A stretch of DNA of 64,000 nucleotides from the NCBI GenBank assembly GCA_047947115.1, contig CP170459.1:3648001-3712000 (forward strand), read 5' to 3'. The position numbers and the translations under genes are program-made. Below are positions 38,561 to 50,700 of the stretch, piece by piece. Position 1 is the stretch's first letter; each line of letters starts with the position of its first letter. The notes beneath the pieces were generated by a model. It did not search any database. It saw only the letters and a list, made by a program, of their open reading frames with translations, and was not told the DNA's origin. The stretch comes from Verrucomicrobiota bacterium (GTDB lineage Bacteria > Verrucomicrobiota > Verrucomicrobiia > Limisphaerales > AAA164-E04).

Positions 38561-41500
38561 TTATTGGTTCAACCAGGGCCCCAGCCATTTTTCGGTTTCT
38601 TCCACGCTGAAACCTTTGCGTGCGGCGTAGTCTTCGATTTGGTCCTTGCCGATTTTTCCGACGGCGAAGTATTTGGATTGCGGGTGTGAGAAATAGATGC
38701 CGCTGACGCTGGCGGCGGGCCACATGGCGCAGCTTTCGGTCAGCTTGATGCCGGCATTCTTTTCTACTTCCAGTAACTCCCAGAGCAGACGTTTTTCGGT
38801 GTGGTCGGGGCAGGCGGGGTAGCCTGGAGCGGGACGGATGCCCTGATACTTTTCACGGATCAGTTCCTCATTGCTCAACTGTTCCTCACTGCCGAAGCCC
38901 CATTCCGTTCTTACCCGTTTGTGGAGGTATTCGGCAAAGGCTTCCGCGAGACGATCGGCCAGGGCCTTGGTCATGATGGAAGCATAATCATCGTGATCCT
39001 TGTCAAACGTCGCAGCCCATTCATCCGCCCCATGACCGGTGGTGACGGCAAACAGCCCGATGTAATCCTGGACACCTGAAGATTCCGGAGCGATGAAGTC
39101 TGCAAGAGCATGATTGAACTGGCCTTCGGGTTTGTGGATTTGTTGACGGAGTGTGTGCAGAACCGTCAGTTCGCTCGAACGATCCGCATCACGATACAAG
39201 ACGATATCATCACCCCTGGACACCGCCGGGAAGAATCCATAAACGGCACGTGCAGTGAAACGGCGATTCAGGACGATATCCTTGAGTTGCCTCTGGGCGT
39301 CTTCAAACAATTCACGGGCCTTGGCTCCGACGACCGCATCTTCCAGGATGGCAGGATAGCGTCCCCTCATTTCCCAGGTGTGGAAGAACGGTGACCAGTC
39401 AATAAATGAAACCAGATCTTCCAAAGGAAATGCGTTCAGCGTTTTGACTCCCGTGAAACCTGGGCGAGGCGGTTCATAGCTGCTCCAGTCGATCCGGGTG
39501 GCATTGGCTCTGGCTTCGGTGATGGACTTCAGCTTTTTGACTCCTGTTTGACTGTGTTTTTCACGCAGTTCTGCCTGATCCTTCAGGTTGTTGGCCAGAA
39601 AGACTTCCTTACGCTTGTCATCCATCAGATCGCGCACCACGGTGACGGCTTTGGATGCGTCGAGCACATGCACGACCGGTCCCGAATAGTGGGGGGCGAT
39701 CTTGACGGCTGTGTGTGCTTTGCTGGTGGTGGCTCCTCCAATAAGCAGGGGGATCTTCATGCCCAATCGTTCCATCTCCTTTGCGACATGCACCATTTCA
39801 TCCAGGGAAGGGGTGATCAAGCCGCTGAGACCGATCATGTCGGCTCCGAATTCCTTTGCCTTTTCCAAAATTCGGTCCGCGGGGATCATGACGCCCATGT
39901 CTTCGACGACATAGCCATTACAATTTAATACAACACCCACGATATTCTTTCCGATATCATGGACATCGCCTTTAACGGTTGCCATGAGCACTCGGCCAGC
40001 TGCTTTCTGAGGGCTTTTTGCTTTTTCCTCTTCGAGATAGGGAAGCAAAAAGGCGACCGCCTTCTTCATGACGCGCGCGCTTTTTACGACTTGAGGCAGG
40101 AACATTTGGCCAGCGCCAAACAGGTCGCCGACGGTGTTCATGCCGTCCATCAGAGGGCCTTCGATGACACTGAGAGGTTTGCCATATTTGTCGAGCGCCT
40201 CTTTGGTGTCGGCGTCGATGTATTCGACCAGTCCTTTCACCAGGGCATGTGACAAACGTTCTTCCACCGTTCCTTCACGCCATTGAGCTTTTTCCGCTTC
40301 GGTTCTCTTTTCGCCTTTGACTGTCTGCGCAAAGGCGATCAGACGTTCCGTGGCATCGGGGCGTCGGTTCAGCAGGACGTCTTCCACCTGCTCCAGCAGA
40401 TCTTTGGGGATGTCTGCATAAACGCCCAGCTGACCAGCGTTGACGATTCCCATGTCCAGTCCGGCCTGTACTCCGTGGTATAGAAAGGCAGTGTGCATCG
40501 CCTCGCGCACGGGATTGTTTCCTCTGAACGAAAAGGACACGTTGCTGATACCGCCGCTGACTTTGGCCCCGGGCAGGTTTTGCTTGATCCACCGGGTTGC
40601 TTCGATGAAGGCCACGGCGTAGTCATTGTGTTCTTCCATGCCGGTGGCCACGGTCAGGACATTGGGGTCGAAAATGATGTCTTCGGGAGGAAACCCGACA
40701 CGTTCGGTCAGGAGCTTGTAGGACCTTTCGCAGACTTCGATTTTACGTTCATACGAATCCGCCTGGCCCGTTTCGTCAAAAGCCATGACCACAACCGCTG
40801 CCCCGTAGCGTCGGATCATGCGGGCTTGTTTCAGAAAGTGAGCTTCGCCTTCCTTGAGGCTGATGGAATTGACCACGCCTTTGCCTTGAACGCATTGAAG
40901 TCCCACTTCAAGCACCGACCACTTGGAACTGTCGATCATGATGGGCACGCGGGCAATGTCCGATTCAGCGGCGATCAGGTTGAGGAAGGTCTTCATGGCT
41001 TCCTCGGAGTCCAGCATTCCCTCATCCATATTGATGTCGATGATGGTGGCTCCGTTTTCGACCTGCTGGCGGGCGACCGACAGTGCTTCTTCAAATTTGC
41101 TGTCTCGAATCAATTGCGCAAAGCGCGGAGAGCCGGCTACATTGGTGCGTTCACCGATGTTAACGAAATTGGAGGCGGGCGTGACCGTCAAAGCATCCAG
41201 TCCGCTCAGGCGCATTTGAGCTTCGATTTCGGGAATGGTGCGTGGAGTTACCGGTTCGATGGCTTCGCGGAGTGCTTTGATGTGATCCGGTGTCGTGCCG
41301 CAGCATCCTCCAACCAGATTCAACCAGCCTTCGTCGGCCCATTCCTTGATTTTGGGGGCAAAAGTCTCCGGGGTTTCCGGAAATCCGGTCGGGAGAAGGG
41401 GATCGGGGAGACCTGCGTTGGGATACACGCTCACCGGGATGGGAGCGAGTCCGGCGAGTTCCTCGATGAGTGGGCGCATTTCCTTCGGGCCCAAGGCGCA

Positions 41501-42271
41501 ATTCATGCCCACACTCAGGAGTGGGACATGACTGATGGAGTTCCAAAAGGCTTCGACGGTCTGGCCGGTCATGCCGCGGTTGCTGCCGGGTTGGATGAAG
41601 GTGACGGAGGCCATCAAGGGCAGTGTGACTCCCATATCTCCAAACAATTTTTCAATCGCAAAGAAGGCGGCCTTGGCGTTGAGCGTGTCAAAGATGGTTT
41701 CGACGATCAAGATGTCCACACCACCTTCGACCAACCCCTTTGCCTGTTCGTAATAGGCATCCACCAACTTGTTGTAGGTAATGTCGCGGGCGGCCGGGTT
41801 GTGGTTGTCGGTAGCGACAGAGGCTGTTTTGGTGGTGGGGCCCAGGGCGCCTGCAACGAACACGGTTCGGTCCGGACATTCCTTCATGAAACGATCCGCC
41901 GCGTCGCGTGCGACGGTGGCACCCGCATGCGCCAGCTCCAGAGCCAGTGATTCCATGCCGTAGTCTGCCAGTGAGACCGCTTGGGCGTTGAAGGTGTTGG
42001 TTTCGATGATGTCTGCGCCGGCACGCAGATATTCCAAGTGGATGTCACGGATGATTTCCGGGCGTGTGATGTTCAGTAAATCATTGTTGCCCTTGAGGTC
42101 CCTGGTCCATTCCGTGAACCGCTCCCCACGAAAGTCCTCCTCACCCAATTTCCGTTTCTGAATCATGGTGCCCATGGCTCCATCAATGAACACGATGCGT
42201 TCCTTCAATAATTGATGAAGTGTGGCTTCGCGGTGCTTTACCCGTTCGTGAATCTCTTTAATGACATCCAT
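38561..42271 (-). CDS. metH: Cobalamin-dependent methionine synthase
   Basis: DGAMGT, GGCCGT, GERTN, DVHDIG (B12 ligand), SGL and [12 protein letters not shown] motifs; 1236 aa. Confidence 0.97.
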   Translation of the reverse strand: MDVIKEIHERVKHREATLHQLLKERIVFIDGAMGTMIQKRKLGEEDFRGERFTEWTRDLKGNNDLLNITRPEIIRDIHLEYLRAGADIIETNTFNAQAVSLADYGMESLALELAHAGATVARDAADRFMKECPDRTVFVAGALGPTTKTASVATDNHNPAARDITYNKLVDAYYEQAKGLVEGGVDILIVETIFDTLNAKAAFFAIEKLFGDMGVTLPLMASVTFIQPGSNRGMTGQTVEAFWNSISHVPLLSVGMNCALGPKEMRPLIEELAGLAPIPVSVYPNAGLPDPLLPTGFPETPETFAPKIKEWADEGWLNLVGGCCGTTPDHIKALREAIEPVTPRTIPEIEAQMRLSGLDALTVTPASNFVNIGERTNVAGSPRFAQLIRDSKFEEALSVARQQVENGATIIDINMDEGMLDSEEAMKTFLNLIAAESDIARVPIMIDSSKWSVLEVGLQCVQGKGVVNSISLKEGEAHFLKQARMIRRYGAAVVVMAFDETGQADSYERKIEVCERSYKLLTERVGFPPEDIIFDPNVLTVATGMEEHNDYAVAFIEATRWIKQNLPGAKVSGGISNVSFSFRGNNPVREAMHTAFLYHGVQAGLDMGIVNAGQLGVYADIPKDLLEQVEDVLLNRRPDATERLIAFAQTVKGEKRTEAEKAQWREGTVEERLSHALVKGLVEYIDADTKEALDKYGKPLSVIEGPLMDGMNTVGDLFGAGQMFLPQVVKSARVMKKAVAFLLPYLEEEKAKSPQKAAGRVLMATVKGDVHDIGKNIVGVVLNCNGYVVEDMGVMIPADRILEKAKEFGADMIGLSGLITPSLDEMVHVAKEMERLGMKIPLLIGGATTSKAHTAVKIAPHYSGPVVHVLDASKAVTVVRDLMDDKRKEVFLANNLKDQAELREKHSQTGVKKLKSITEARANATRIDWSSYEPPRPGFTGVKTLNAFPLEDLVSFIDWSPFFHTWEMRGRYPAILEDAVVGAKARELFEDAQRQLKDIVLNRRFTARAVYGFFPAVSRGDDIVLYRDADRSSELTVLHTLRQQIHKPEGQFNHALADFIAPESSGVQDYIGLFAVTTGHGADEWAATFDKDHDDYASIMTKALADRLAEAFAEYLHKRVRTEWGFGSEEQLSNEELIREKYQGIRPAPGYPACPDHTEKRLLWELLEVEKNAGIKLTESCAMWPAASVSGIYFSHPQSKYFAVGKIGKDQIEDYAARKGFSVEETEKWLGPWLNQ

Positions 42272-42321
42272 TTGTTGGTTGTTATGACAGGATCTTCATT
42301 TTAATTCAAGATTAAAATCAT

Positions 42322-42343
42322 CGTATCAAGATAAGATGATATG
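42322..42343. promoter_or_regulatory. Palindromic operator resembling a SahR/SamR site
   Basis: cgTATCA-agataaga-TGATAtg about 50 bp upstream of metH. Confidence 0.55.
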
Positions 42344-42454
42344 AATAAACTTTGTAAGGTTTGTGTAAATGAAGGCGACCCATGGGTAATGTATCGCGTG
42401 ATGGCGATTATGCATTGAAGATGAAGAGTCGTAGTGAATGAAAGGACAAATCAG

Positions 42455-43528
42455 ATGAATGGTATCAAATATGTATTGTTAGCCGGACTTGCCTTGTTGG
42501 CGGTCTGGGGTATATCCATAGAGCGTCGGTTAAGCCTGCCTCAGGCAAAGGCGATGCCTTTTGACGAACAGGACATGAAGGATTATCAAAAACCAGATCC
42601 AAACGAGCTGAAAAAACATTTGTCAGCCGAACAGTTTGCTGTGACCCAGCAATGTGGAACCGAACCGCCCTTTAACAATGCCTATTGGGATAACAAGAAA
42701 CCGGGGATCTATGTGGATGTGGTTTCTGGAGAGCCCTTGTTCAGTTCATTGGACAAGTTTGATTCCGGGACCGGTTGGCCGAGTTTTACCCAGCCGCTCA
42801 AAGGGACTGAGATCGTCGAAAAAAAGGACTCCCAATTTGGAATGGTCCGGACCGAGGTTCGATCCCAAATGGCTGATTCACATCTTGGGCATGTCTTTGA
42901 TGATGGCCCGGCCCATGCTGGAGGCATGCGATATTGCATCAATTCGGCCTCTTTGAGGTTTGTTCCAGTCGAGGAAATGGATCAGGCGGGTTATGGCGAC
43001 TATCTGAAGCCGTTTATTGAGGCGGGAATCATTGAAGCTCCCACACATGAAACGGCCATACTGGCAGGAGGCTGCTTCTGGGGGATGGAAGAAATCATTC
43101 GCAACATTCCCGGTGTGATCCGGACTACGGTCGGATATATCGGAGGAAGAGTCGTTAACCCCCTCTACGAACAGGTATGCTCTGGTACTACCAATCATGC
43201 CGAAGCGGTGAGTGTGGTGTTCGATGCATTAAAAATCAGCTACGAACAGTTGTTGGGATATTTTTTCAGGATGCATGACCCAACGACCTTGAACCGTCAG
43301 CACAACGACATCGGAACCCAATATCGGTCCGCTATTTTTTACACCAGCGACGCACAGAAGCAGATCGCAGCAAAGGTGGTTGCAGAAATCGATCAATCAG
43401 GTAAATGGGACAATCCCGTGGTGACGAAAATTGAGGAGGCCAGGGATTTTTATCCGGCGGAAGGGTATCATCAGGATTATTTGCAGAAGAATCCGGGAGG
43501 CTATAATTGCCATTATCTGCGTGATTAA
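42455..43528 (+). CDS. msrAB: Bifunctional methionine sulfoxide reductase, MsrB-MsrA order, with N-terminal anchor
   Basis: GWPSF, HLGHVF and RYCINS (MsrB); GCFWG, QYRS and EGYHQDY (MsrA). Confidence 0.92.
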   Translation: MNGIKYVLLAGLALLAVWGISIERRLSLPQAKAMPFDEQDMKDYQKPDPNELKKHLSAEQFAVTQQCGTEPPFNNAYWDNKKPGIYVDVVSGEPLFSSLDKFDSGTGWPSFTQPLKGTEIVEKKDSQFGMVRTEVRSQMADSHLGHVFDDGPAHAGGMRYCINSASLRFVPVEEMDQAGYGDYLKPFIEAGIIEAPTHETAILAGGCFWGMEEIIRNIPGVIRTTVGYIGGRVVNPLYEQVCSGTTNHAEAVSVVFDALKISYEQLLGYFFRMHDPTTLNRQHNDIGTQYRSAIFYTSDAQKQIAAKVVAEIDQSGKWDNPVVTKIEEARDFYPAEGYHQDYLQKNPGGYNCHYLRD

Positions 43529-43537
43529 AGTGACTCT

Positions 43538-43563
43538 TTGAGAGGGTTCCATACTCTCTCAAA
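43538..43563 (+). terminator. Hairpin after msrAB
   Basis: TTTGAGAGGGT-TCCAT-ACTCTCTCAAA; no clear U-tract. Confidence 0.4.
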
Positions 43564-43852
43564 TCCCATGTCTTGAGAATGCGTCATTTCTACTCTCCTG
43601 GCCAGGGTTGGTTGTCAATGAACCAACGACGGCGGGCTTTGTCTGATTGGCTTGGGATCATGTCTTTCTTTATGCCGCTTACATGCCCGTCACAGTACAG
43701 TTCATTGACGCTTTGGGCGTTTTGATGGGGATACGAAGATATATTGATATCAAGACCTCATTGACATTTGGGCTGGTTTGTCGAAATCTGGTTGGAACGT
43801 CTCATTTGACCATTTTAAATACTATAACAAGATGGATTACCTATTGAAATCG

Positions 43853-45469
43853 ATGGCAAACCGCTGGTTGATGGCCCTGATGTTGGGGGTGTTGCTGGCT
43901 GTAACGTCTTGTGGACCCGCTGAAACGCGTGTGCAGCAGGGGAATCGTGAACAAATCCTGCATCTTGCCAACGGCACGGAGCCTGAGAGTATTGATCCAC
44001 AAATCGTGACAGGGGTGCCTGAGCACAATGTGATTGTGGCCCTCACCGAAGGTCTTGTTACCGAGGATCCTGTGGATTTGCATCCGGTGCCGGGGACTGC
44101 GGAAAGCTGGGATATCTCCGGGGACGGGCTGGTTTATACTTTCCACCTGCGTGAAAACGCCAAATGGACCAACGGAGATCCCGTGACCGCCCATGATTTT
44201 GTTCGATCTTTCCGACGTATTTTGAATCCACAGTTGGCATGCGAATACGCTTACATGCTGTTCCTTATGAAGAATGCAGAGGCTTTCAATTCAGGTGAAT
44301 TGAAGGATGAGACGCAGATTGGAGCCAGGGCGATTGATGATCACACCTTGGAAATCACCCTAAACAGTGCGGCTCCTTATTTCCTTTCCCTTCTCAATCA
44401 CTACACGTGGTTTCCTGTGCATATGCCGACGATTGAGAAACATGGTGGCCCCTTTGATCGTGGTAATCAGTGGACGAAACCCGGAAATTTTGTCAGCAAC
44501 GGACCGTTCCGGTTGAAGGAATGGCGTTTGAATGATGTGTTGATTGTCGAGAAAAATCCGGATTATTGGGATGCGGACACAGTGAAGTTGAAGGAGATTC
44601 GTTTTTACCCCATGGAAAGTGTCGAGACCCAGGACCGTGCATTTCGGGCGGGTCAATTGCACAACACCTACGAAACACTTCCTGCAAAAATCGAGGATTA
44701 CCAGAAGAACTCGCCCGGTTTGTTGCACATTGATCCTTATCTGGGGTCCTATTTTTATCGCATCAACACCACCAATAAACCATTCGACGATGTGCGCGTT
44801 CGCCGGGCTCTGGCCATGGCCATTGATCGTGAGACGATTGTCAAGAATGTCACCCGAGGCGGCCAGATCCCCGCAAACTTCTTCACCCCACCCGGAACCG
44901 CCGGCTATACCACCCGGGCACGCATTGCATCCGATGTGGAAGAGGCCAAGAGGCTGCTTGCCGAGGCCGGTTATCCGAACGGAGAAGGATTCCCAAAAAC
45001 ATCCATCATTTTCAATACCTCCGAAAACCATCGGGCCATCGCCGCGGCGATTCAGGAAATGTGGCGCAAAAACCTGAACATCGATATCGAATTGAACAAT
45101 CAGGAATGGAAGGTGTATCTGGATGCTCAGCGGGGTTTGAATTATTTCGTATCACGCGCAGGCTGGATCGGGGATTATGTGGATCCGAATTCCTTTTTGG
45201 ACATGTGGACATCCTGGAGTCAGCAAAACCAGACCGGATGGTCTTCCGAAGCCTACGACGAACTGATCAAGAAGGCGGGGGAAACTTCGGATGCCGCTGC
45301 TCGCATCGAATATTTCCAACAGGCTGAGGAAATCCTGATGGCCGAAGCGCCTATCATTCCGATCTATATCTACACACGGGTATATCTCCTGGATAAGGGC
45401 GTCAAAGGGTGGAATCCAACGATCCTGGATCATCATCCCTACAAGCATCTTTATCTTGAAACAAATTAA
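43853..45469 (+). CDS. oppA: Oligopeptide ABC transporter substrate-binding lipoprotein
   Basis: Lipobox VTSC; EPESIDP, YTFHLR...W.NG.PVTA.DF, NGPF and GWIGDY motifs. Confidence 0.88.
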   Translation: MANRWLMALMLGVLLAVTSCGPAETRVQQGNREQILHLANGTEPESIDPQIVTGVPEHNVIVALTEGLVTEDPVDLHPVPGTAESWDISGDGLVYTFHLRENAKWTNGDPVTAHDFVRSFRRILNPQLACEYAYMLFLMKNAEAFNSGELKDETQIGARAIDDHTLEITLNSAAPYFLSLLNHYTWFPVHMPTIEKHGGPFDRGNQWTKPGNFVSNGPFRLKEWRLNDVLIVEKNPDYWDADTVKLKEIRFYPMESVETQDRAFRAGQLHNTYETLPAKIEDYQKNSPGLLHIDPYLGSYFYRINTTNKPFDDVRVRRALAMAIDRETIVKNVTRGGQIPANFFTPPGTAGYTTRARIASDVEEAKRLLAEAGYPNGEGFPKTSIIFNTSENHRAIAAAIQEMWRKNLNIDIELNNQEWKVYLDAQRGLNYFVSRAGWIGDYVDPNSFLDMWTSWSQQNQTGWSSEAYDELIKKAGETSDAAARIEYFQQAEEILMAEAPIIPIYIYTRVYLLDKGVKGWNPTILDHHPYKHLYLETN

Positions 45470-45524
45470 TCATCATTCAAACCAGCACATCGCATTCGAA
45501 GATTAATCAGTTTTTGCAGCCCAC

Positions 45525-46442
45525 ATGGTCAGATTCATTCTACGCAGAGTGTTAGAGACGATCCCGGTCCTGTGGGCGGTGGCTACGATGACTTTCTTCA
45601 TGTTGCGGCTTGCGCCGGGTGGGCCTTTTGATGATGAACGTCAGGTCAGTCCTGAAGTGTTACGCACGTTGCAGGCGCATTATGGACTGGATAAGCCTTT
45701 GATGGCTCAATATGGCGATTATCTGAAGAATCTTGTTCAGGGTGATCTTGGTCCTTCATTCAAATACCCGGGACGAACCGTGAACGAAATCATCCGTGAT
45801 TCCTTTCCAAAGTCCATGGAGCTTGGTTTTTATTCCATGACCATTGCTTTGGCGCTTGGGCTGGTCATGGGGGTGATTGCTTCTCTGAAACCGAATTCCA
45901 TGCTGGATTACGTTCCGAGCAGCTTTGCGATGGTCGGGATTTGTTTGCCCACGTTTGTGTTGGGGCCTTTGCTGGTGCTGGTGTTTGCATTGAAACTTCG
46001 ATGGTTTCCCTATCCCGGGTGGGATACTGCCGCCCACAAAGTGCTTCCGTCCTTGACTCTGGGAGCCTATTACGCCGCCTACATCGCGCGTCTGACGCGG
46101 GGAGGCATGCGTGAGGTCCTGACTCAGGACTACATTCGCACTGCTCGGGCCAAAGGAGCTGCCGCCCGGATCGTCATTCTTAGGCATGCTCTGCGGGGGG
46201 GCATCCTTCCGGTTGTCAGCTTTATGGGGCCCGCTTTCGCGGGATTGGTTGCGGGATCGTTTGTGATTGAAACCATCTTCAATATCCCGGGGTTGGGGAG
46301 GCATTTTGTTACCAGCGCCTTCAATCGGGATTACACCATGGTTTTGGGGCTGGTGCTTTTCTTTGCATCCCTGATTGTGGTATTCAACACCTTGGTCGAC
46401 ATTGTTCAAGTTTGGCTGAACCCGAAACTCAAGCTGGAATAG
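45525..46442 (+). CDS. oppB: Oligopeptide ABC transporter permease
   Basis: APGGPF, GDLGPSF, DYIRTARAKG and RDY motifs. Confidence 0.9.
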   Translation: MVRFILRRVLETIPVLWAVATMTFFMLRLAPGGPFDDERQVSPEVLRTLQAHYGLDKPLMAQYGDYLKNLVQGDLGPSFKYPGRTVNEIIRDSFPKSMELGFYSMTIALALGLVMGVIASLKPNSMLDYVPSSFAMVGICLPTFVLGPLLVLVFALKLRWFPYPGWDTAAHKVLPSLTLGAYYAAYIARLTRGGMREVLTQDYIRTARAKGAAARIVILRHALRGGILPVVSFMGPAFAGLVAGSFVIETIFNIPGLGRHFVTSAFNRDYTMVLGLVLFFASLIVVFNTLVDIVQVWLNPKLKLE

Positions 46443-46450
46443 GAAACGAC

Positions 46451-47362
46451 ATGGCCGAAATATTACCACAACCCAAGATGCCGCCCGCCTCCGACCTGTT
46501 CGAACAGGCCGAGCAGGGGCATTCCCTGTGGCAGGACGCCTGGCATCGTCTGCGAAAGAATCACATGGCCGTGATCGGTGGAATCTTTATTCTGATCATG
46601 GGCATTGCATCTTTCTTTGGTCCCATGATGGTGGAGCACGGGTATCAGGAGCAGAATCTTGAGTTGCGCGAAACCCCACCCAGCGCCGACCATCTATTGG
46701 GAACCGACAAACTCGGGCGAGATTTGTTGGCACGCGTGCTCTATGGTGGCCGTATTTCACTAACCGTCGGTCTGGTGGCCACGGCCGTGTCTTTGACGAT
46801 CGGGGTGCTGTATGGAACCGTTTCCGGTTATTGCGGCGGGAAGACGGACGCGGTCATGATGCGCTTGGTGGATATCCTGTATGCACTCCCCTTTACGATA
46901 TTCGTCATTTTGTTGATGGTGTTCTTCGGTCGTGATATTCGACTGATGTTTGTGGCTATTGGCGCGGTCGAATGGCTGACCATGGCGCGCATTGTGCGAG
47001 GTCAGGTGCTGAGTCTGCGGCAGCAGGAATTTATCGAGGCTTGCATCGCGCTCGGACTCCCCATGTGGAAGATCATTCTGCGACATCTGGCTCCGAATGT
47101 TTTGGGCCCGGTCATTGTTTATTCCACCTTGACCATCCCCGCAGTCATGTTGTTGGAGGCGTTTTTGAGTTTTCTGGGGCTGGGGGTGCAGGAGCCGATG
47201 TGTAGTTGGGGTTCCCTGATCAAAGAGGGAGCCGAAATCATGGAAGAAGCTCCCTGGTTGCTTTTGTTTCCCGGCTCATTGTTTGCCGCGACATTGTTTT
47301 CATTGAACTTTTTAGGGGATGGGCTGCGCGATGCCTTGGATCCGCGTGCTAGTAAGGATTGA
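46451..47362 (+). CDS. oppC: Oligopeptide ABC transporter permease
   Basis: GTDKLGRD, ARIVRGQ, EAFLSFLGLG and GDGLRDALDP motifs. Confidence 0.9.
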   Translation: MAEILPQPKMPPASDLFEQAEQGHSLWQDAWHRLRKNHMAVIGGIFILIMGIASFFGPMMVEHGYQEQNLELRETPPSADHLLGTDKLGRDLLARVLYGGRISLTVGLVATAVSLTIGVLYGTVSGYCGGKTDAVMMRLVDILYALPFTIFVILLMVFFGRDIRLMFVAIGAVEWLTMARIVRGQVLSLRQQEFIEACIALGLPMWKIILRHLAPNVLGPVIVYSTLTIPAVMLLEAFLSFLGLGVQEPMCSWGSLIKEGAEIMEEAPWLLLFPGSLFAATLFSLNFLGDGLRDALDPRASKD

Positions 47363-47471
47363 ACTGGTTTAAAACGAAGGCCGTAACAAGGTAAATCCCG
47401 CTCGCTGTGCTCAAGTCGCAGAGTGAGTAAAAACTTGTTAGAATCCAGTCTCATTAACGACATTAACTCCT

Positions 47472-48455
47472 ATGCCTTTGCTGACAGTCAACGATCTGAG
47501 AACCTATTTCCATACCCGTGCAGGTGTGGTGCGGGCAGTGGATGGTGTTTCCTTTTCTGTGGACAAGGGAGAGACACTCGGGATTGTGGGGGAATCGGGT
47601 TCCGGCAAATCGGTGGCTTGTTATTCGCTGATGGGCTTGATTCCAAAGCCTCCCGGCCGGATCGAATCAGGCACCGCAGATTTCGACGGAATGGACCTGT
47701 TGAAGATGTCGGAAAGGGAATTGAACCGGGTGCGGGGACGTCGGGTTTCCATGATTTTTCAAGATCCGATGACTTCCTTGAATCCATTCTTGCGAGTGGA
47801 AGATCAGTTGATTGAACCTCTCCTGCTGCATGGTCTGGCAGACAAGCAAACGGCCCGCAGGAAGGCTCTTGAAATGATGGAACAGGTCGGCATTCAAGGG
47901 GCCGCCAGTCGTATCCGGATGTATCCACACGAATTTTCAGGAGGAATGCGGCAACGTGTCATGATTGCCATGGCCCTGATCACCGAACCCGATCTGCTCA
48001 TAGCCGATGAACCCACCACAGCACTGGATGTCACCGTGCAGGCACAGATTCTGGAACTGATCAAAACCATGCAGCAGCGCATGCACATGGCGGTCATTTT
48101 CATTTCGCATGATCTCGGTGTGGTGGCTGGTTTCTGTGACCGGGTGAATGTGATGTATGCCGGGAGGATCGTGGAATCCGGCCTGACCCAATCCATTTAC
48201 TATCATCCAAGCCATCCATACAACGAAGCCCTCCAGCGATCGATCCCGGCGCTTCAACCCAAGGGACACGAATTGTTCACCATCGAAGGTCAACCACCCG
48301 ATTTGACCAAGCCCTTGGATGGATGTTCCTTTGCCGCGCGGTGTGCCCATGTGGGTGATGTGTGCCGTCGGGGCAATCCGCTGTTGAAGGAGATGAAAGA
48401 CGGTCATTCGACGGCTTGTGTAAGGGTGCAGGAAGGAGGGTTGGAACTTAAATGA
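47472..48455 (+). CDS. oppD: Oligopeptide ABC transporter ATP-binding protein
   Basis: GESGSGKS, FSGGMRQR and ADEPTTALD motifs; C-terminal Cys motif. Confidence 0.9.
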   Translation: MPLLTVNDLRTYFHTRAGVVRAVDGVSFSVDKGETLGIVGESGSGKSVACYSLMGLIPKPPGRIESGTADFDGMDLLKMSERELNRVRGRRVSMIFQDPMTSLNPFLRVEDQLIEPLLLHGLADKQTARRKALEMMEQVGIQGAASRIRMYPHEFSGGMRQRVMIAMALITEPDLLIADEPTTALDVTVQAQILELIKTMQQRMHMAVIFISHDLGVVAGFCDRVNVMYAGRIVESGLTQSIYYHPSHPYNEALQRSIPALQPKGHELFTIEGQPPDLTKPLDGCSFAARCAHVGDVCRRGNPLLKEMKDGHSTACVRVQEGGLELK

Positions 48456-49447
48456 CCGATCAATCAGCAACACCCTTTCTGGATATCCAGGGACTGAAAA
48501 CCCACTTTCCAGTTGAGAAAGGGATCCTTTTTCGCAAGACAGTGGCGACTGTCAAGGCGGTGGACGGGGTGGATCTGCAGTTGAGGCAGGGAGAAATCCT
48601 GGGGCTGGTTGGAGAATCCGGATGTGGGAAGTCGACACTCGGACGTACCATGCTTCAATTGCTTGAGCCGACCGAGGGCAGTGTCAAGTTGGAGGGCAGG
48701 GAACTGGTTGGGTTGAGTGGTTCGGAACTGCGGGCGGCGCGAAAGGATTTCCAGATGATCTTTCAGGATCCCTATGCCTCTCTGAATCCGCGCATGACCG
48801 TTTACGACACCTTGGCCGAGGCAATACTCGCGCATAAATCGGTTCACAAATCCAAGCTTCCTGAAAAGGTGGCAGAGCTGATGAACAAAGTGGGTTTGTC
48901 CCCAAGGTTTATCAAGAAATATCCCCACGAGTTTTCCGGAGGCCAAAGGCAGCGCATCGCCATCGCGCGGGCCCTGGCGGTGGAACCCAAATTCCTGGTG
49001 GCGGACGAAGCCGTATCGGCGCTTGATGTTTCCATTCAGGCCCAGATCATCAATCTGCTGGCCAACCTTTCCCGCGAGATGAACCTCACCCTGATCTTTA
49101 TCTCGCATGATCTCTCTGTGGTGAAGCACATAGCCGATCGAATAGCGGTGATGTATCTCGGGCGCATTGTCGAATTCGGGCCTGCTGAAACGCTCTTCGA
49201 TGATCCCCTACATCCTTACACGCGTGCTTTGGTCAGCGCGGTGCCGGTACCGGACCCTGATCGGGAGCGGGAGCGGCAACGTATTCTCTTGCCAGGTGAT
49301 CCTCCTTCACCTCTTAATCCTCCGAAAGGATGCACCTTTCATCCACGGTGTCCGTATGCCGTGGAAGCATGCAAGGCGTCCTTTCCCGCTTGGAGCCATC
49401 AAGGCAACCGCCAAGTGGCCTGCATCCGGTTGGATGCGTTGGATTAG
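48452..49447 (+). CDS. oppF: Oligopeptide ABC transporter ATP-binding protein
   Basis: [25 protein letters not shown] and GCTFHPRC motifs. Confidence 0.9.
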   Translation: MTDQSATPFLDIQGLKTHFPVEKGILFRKTVATVKAVDGVDLQLRQGEILGLVGESGCGKSTLGRTMLQLLEPTEGSVKLEGRELVGLSGSELRAARKDFQMIFQDPYASLNPRMTVYDTLAEAILAHKSVHKSKLPEKVAELMNKVGLSPRFIKKYPHEFSGGQRQRIAIARALAVEPKFLVADEAVSALDVSIQAQIINLLANLSREMNLTLIFISHDLSVVKHIADRIAVMYLGRIVEFGPAETLFDDPLHPYTRALVSAVPVPDPDRERERQRILLPGDPPSPLNPPKGCTFHPRCPYAVEACKASFPAWSHQGNRQVACIRLDALD

Positions 49448-49459
49448 GTAGGACTCCAT

Positions 49460-50656
49460 TTGATGAATAATGCCTCTTTTTCGAAGTGGCCGGTCTTTTT
49501 ATTTGAAGCGCTCAGCGCTTATGGCGCCACTCTGTACTCGACTTATTTTTATTTTTGTCTGACTGGAATTTTTCATTTTTCCAACAAACAAAACTTGATG
49601 GTAGCCGCCGCAAACGGTTTTTTTGCGACCATCGGAGCGTGTTGGGGAAGCCGTTTCTCAGATAAAATCGGAGGAAGGAACATGCTCAGGCTGGGAATTG
49701 TCTGGGTCATTCTCATGTTGATTATTGCCGGTTGGTATCAAAGGTCGGTTCAAATTCAGATCATCTGTTTTTTAGGCTGGTGTATGGGGATCAGTGTGAC
49801 CTGGCCTGTGCTGCAGTCTCTGATCAGCGAGGGGGAACCGGAATCGAATTTGCCTCGGCGAATCGGAATGTACAACCTCGTTTGGTCCTGTCTGGGGGCT
49901 GTCGCTTATTTTACAGGAGGTGCCTTGATCCAGTTTTTTGGTATGAAGGTTATCTACCTGTTGCCTATTGGGATGCATGTGGTGCAGCTGGTCATCGATG
50001 CATGGTTTGACAAGCGGTCTTCTCGAACGGACGCTGTTTCAGACCGCTCATCGATTGCTTCGGACACACCTGCCGAGACCGGTTTTCCTCACCGTCCGAT
50101 AGCCCGGGCAAGATTCTTTCTGCGCATCGCATGGTTGGCGAATCCTTTCGCCTACATTGCCATTCAATGCCTGGTGCCGATCATTCCTTCCATCGCTGAA
50201 AAGCTGCACTTGAATACTCTGGCAGCCGGGGTGGTGTGTTCTGTGTGGATGTTTTCAAGGATGTTTGCTTTTTTCATGCTCTATCGATGGCAAGGGTGGC
50301 ATTACCGCTTTCGTTGGTTCGCCGGGGCGTTGGTGACATTGTTGATCAGTTTTGTTGGCATCCGTATCACGCATTCCGTTGGTCTGTTGGTCCTCTTTCA
50401 GGTGGCCTTTGGTTTGGCGGTAGGCTTGATCTACTATTCTTCTCTCTATTACTCGATGGACCTGGGGGGTGGCAGCGCCAAACACGGGGGAATTCATGAA
50501 GCTGCCATTGGCTGCGGTGTCTTTGCCGGTCCCGCCCTGGCTGCGACCTCGTTACACCTGGCTCCGGGTTACCCCAATGCTGGCGTCTGGGCAGCCGGAT
50601 TGCTCATGGCTGTCGCATTTTCAGGTGTCCTCTACATGCGAATACGGGCATGGTGA
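49460..50656 (+). CDS. MFS transporter
   Basis: About 12 TM segments; GSRFSDKIGGR motif A. Confidence 0.8.
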   Translation: MMNNASFSKWPVFLFEALSAYGATLYSTYFYFCLTGIFHFSNKQNLMVAAANGFFATIGACWGSRFSDKIGGRNMLRLGIVWVILMLIIAGWYQRSVQIQIICFLGWCMGISVTWPVLQSLISEGEPESNLPRRIGMYNLVWSCLGAVAYFTGGALIQFFGMKVIYLLPIGMHVVQLVIDAWFDKRSSRTDAVSDRSSIASDTPAETGFPHRPIARARFFLRIAWLANPFAYIAIQCLVPIIPSIAEKLHLNTLAAGVVCSVWMFSRMFAFFMLYRWQGWHYRFRWFAGALVTLLISFVGIRITHSVGLLVLFQVAFGLAVGLIYYSSLYYSMDLGGGSAKHGGIHEAAIGCGVFAGPALAATSLHLAPGYPNAGVWAAGLLMAVAFSGVLYMRIRAW

Positions 50657-50700
50657 ATTTTTTGGTTCACCATTTACCATTCCCGAGTCACAATTTGTCC

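Noticed and set aside
40493..41950. 485-aa ORF antisense to metH (similar cases at 14784-15731, 52720-53922 and 61500-62429)
   Set aside because: Each lies opposite a well-conserved gene, has no recognisable motifs, and is a typical codon-bias shadow.
47374..47393. CGTAACAAGGTA matches the conserved 3' region of 16S rRNA
   Set aside because: Only about 12 nt, inside the opp operon, with no flanking rRNA similarity.
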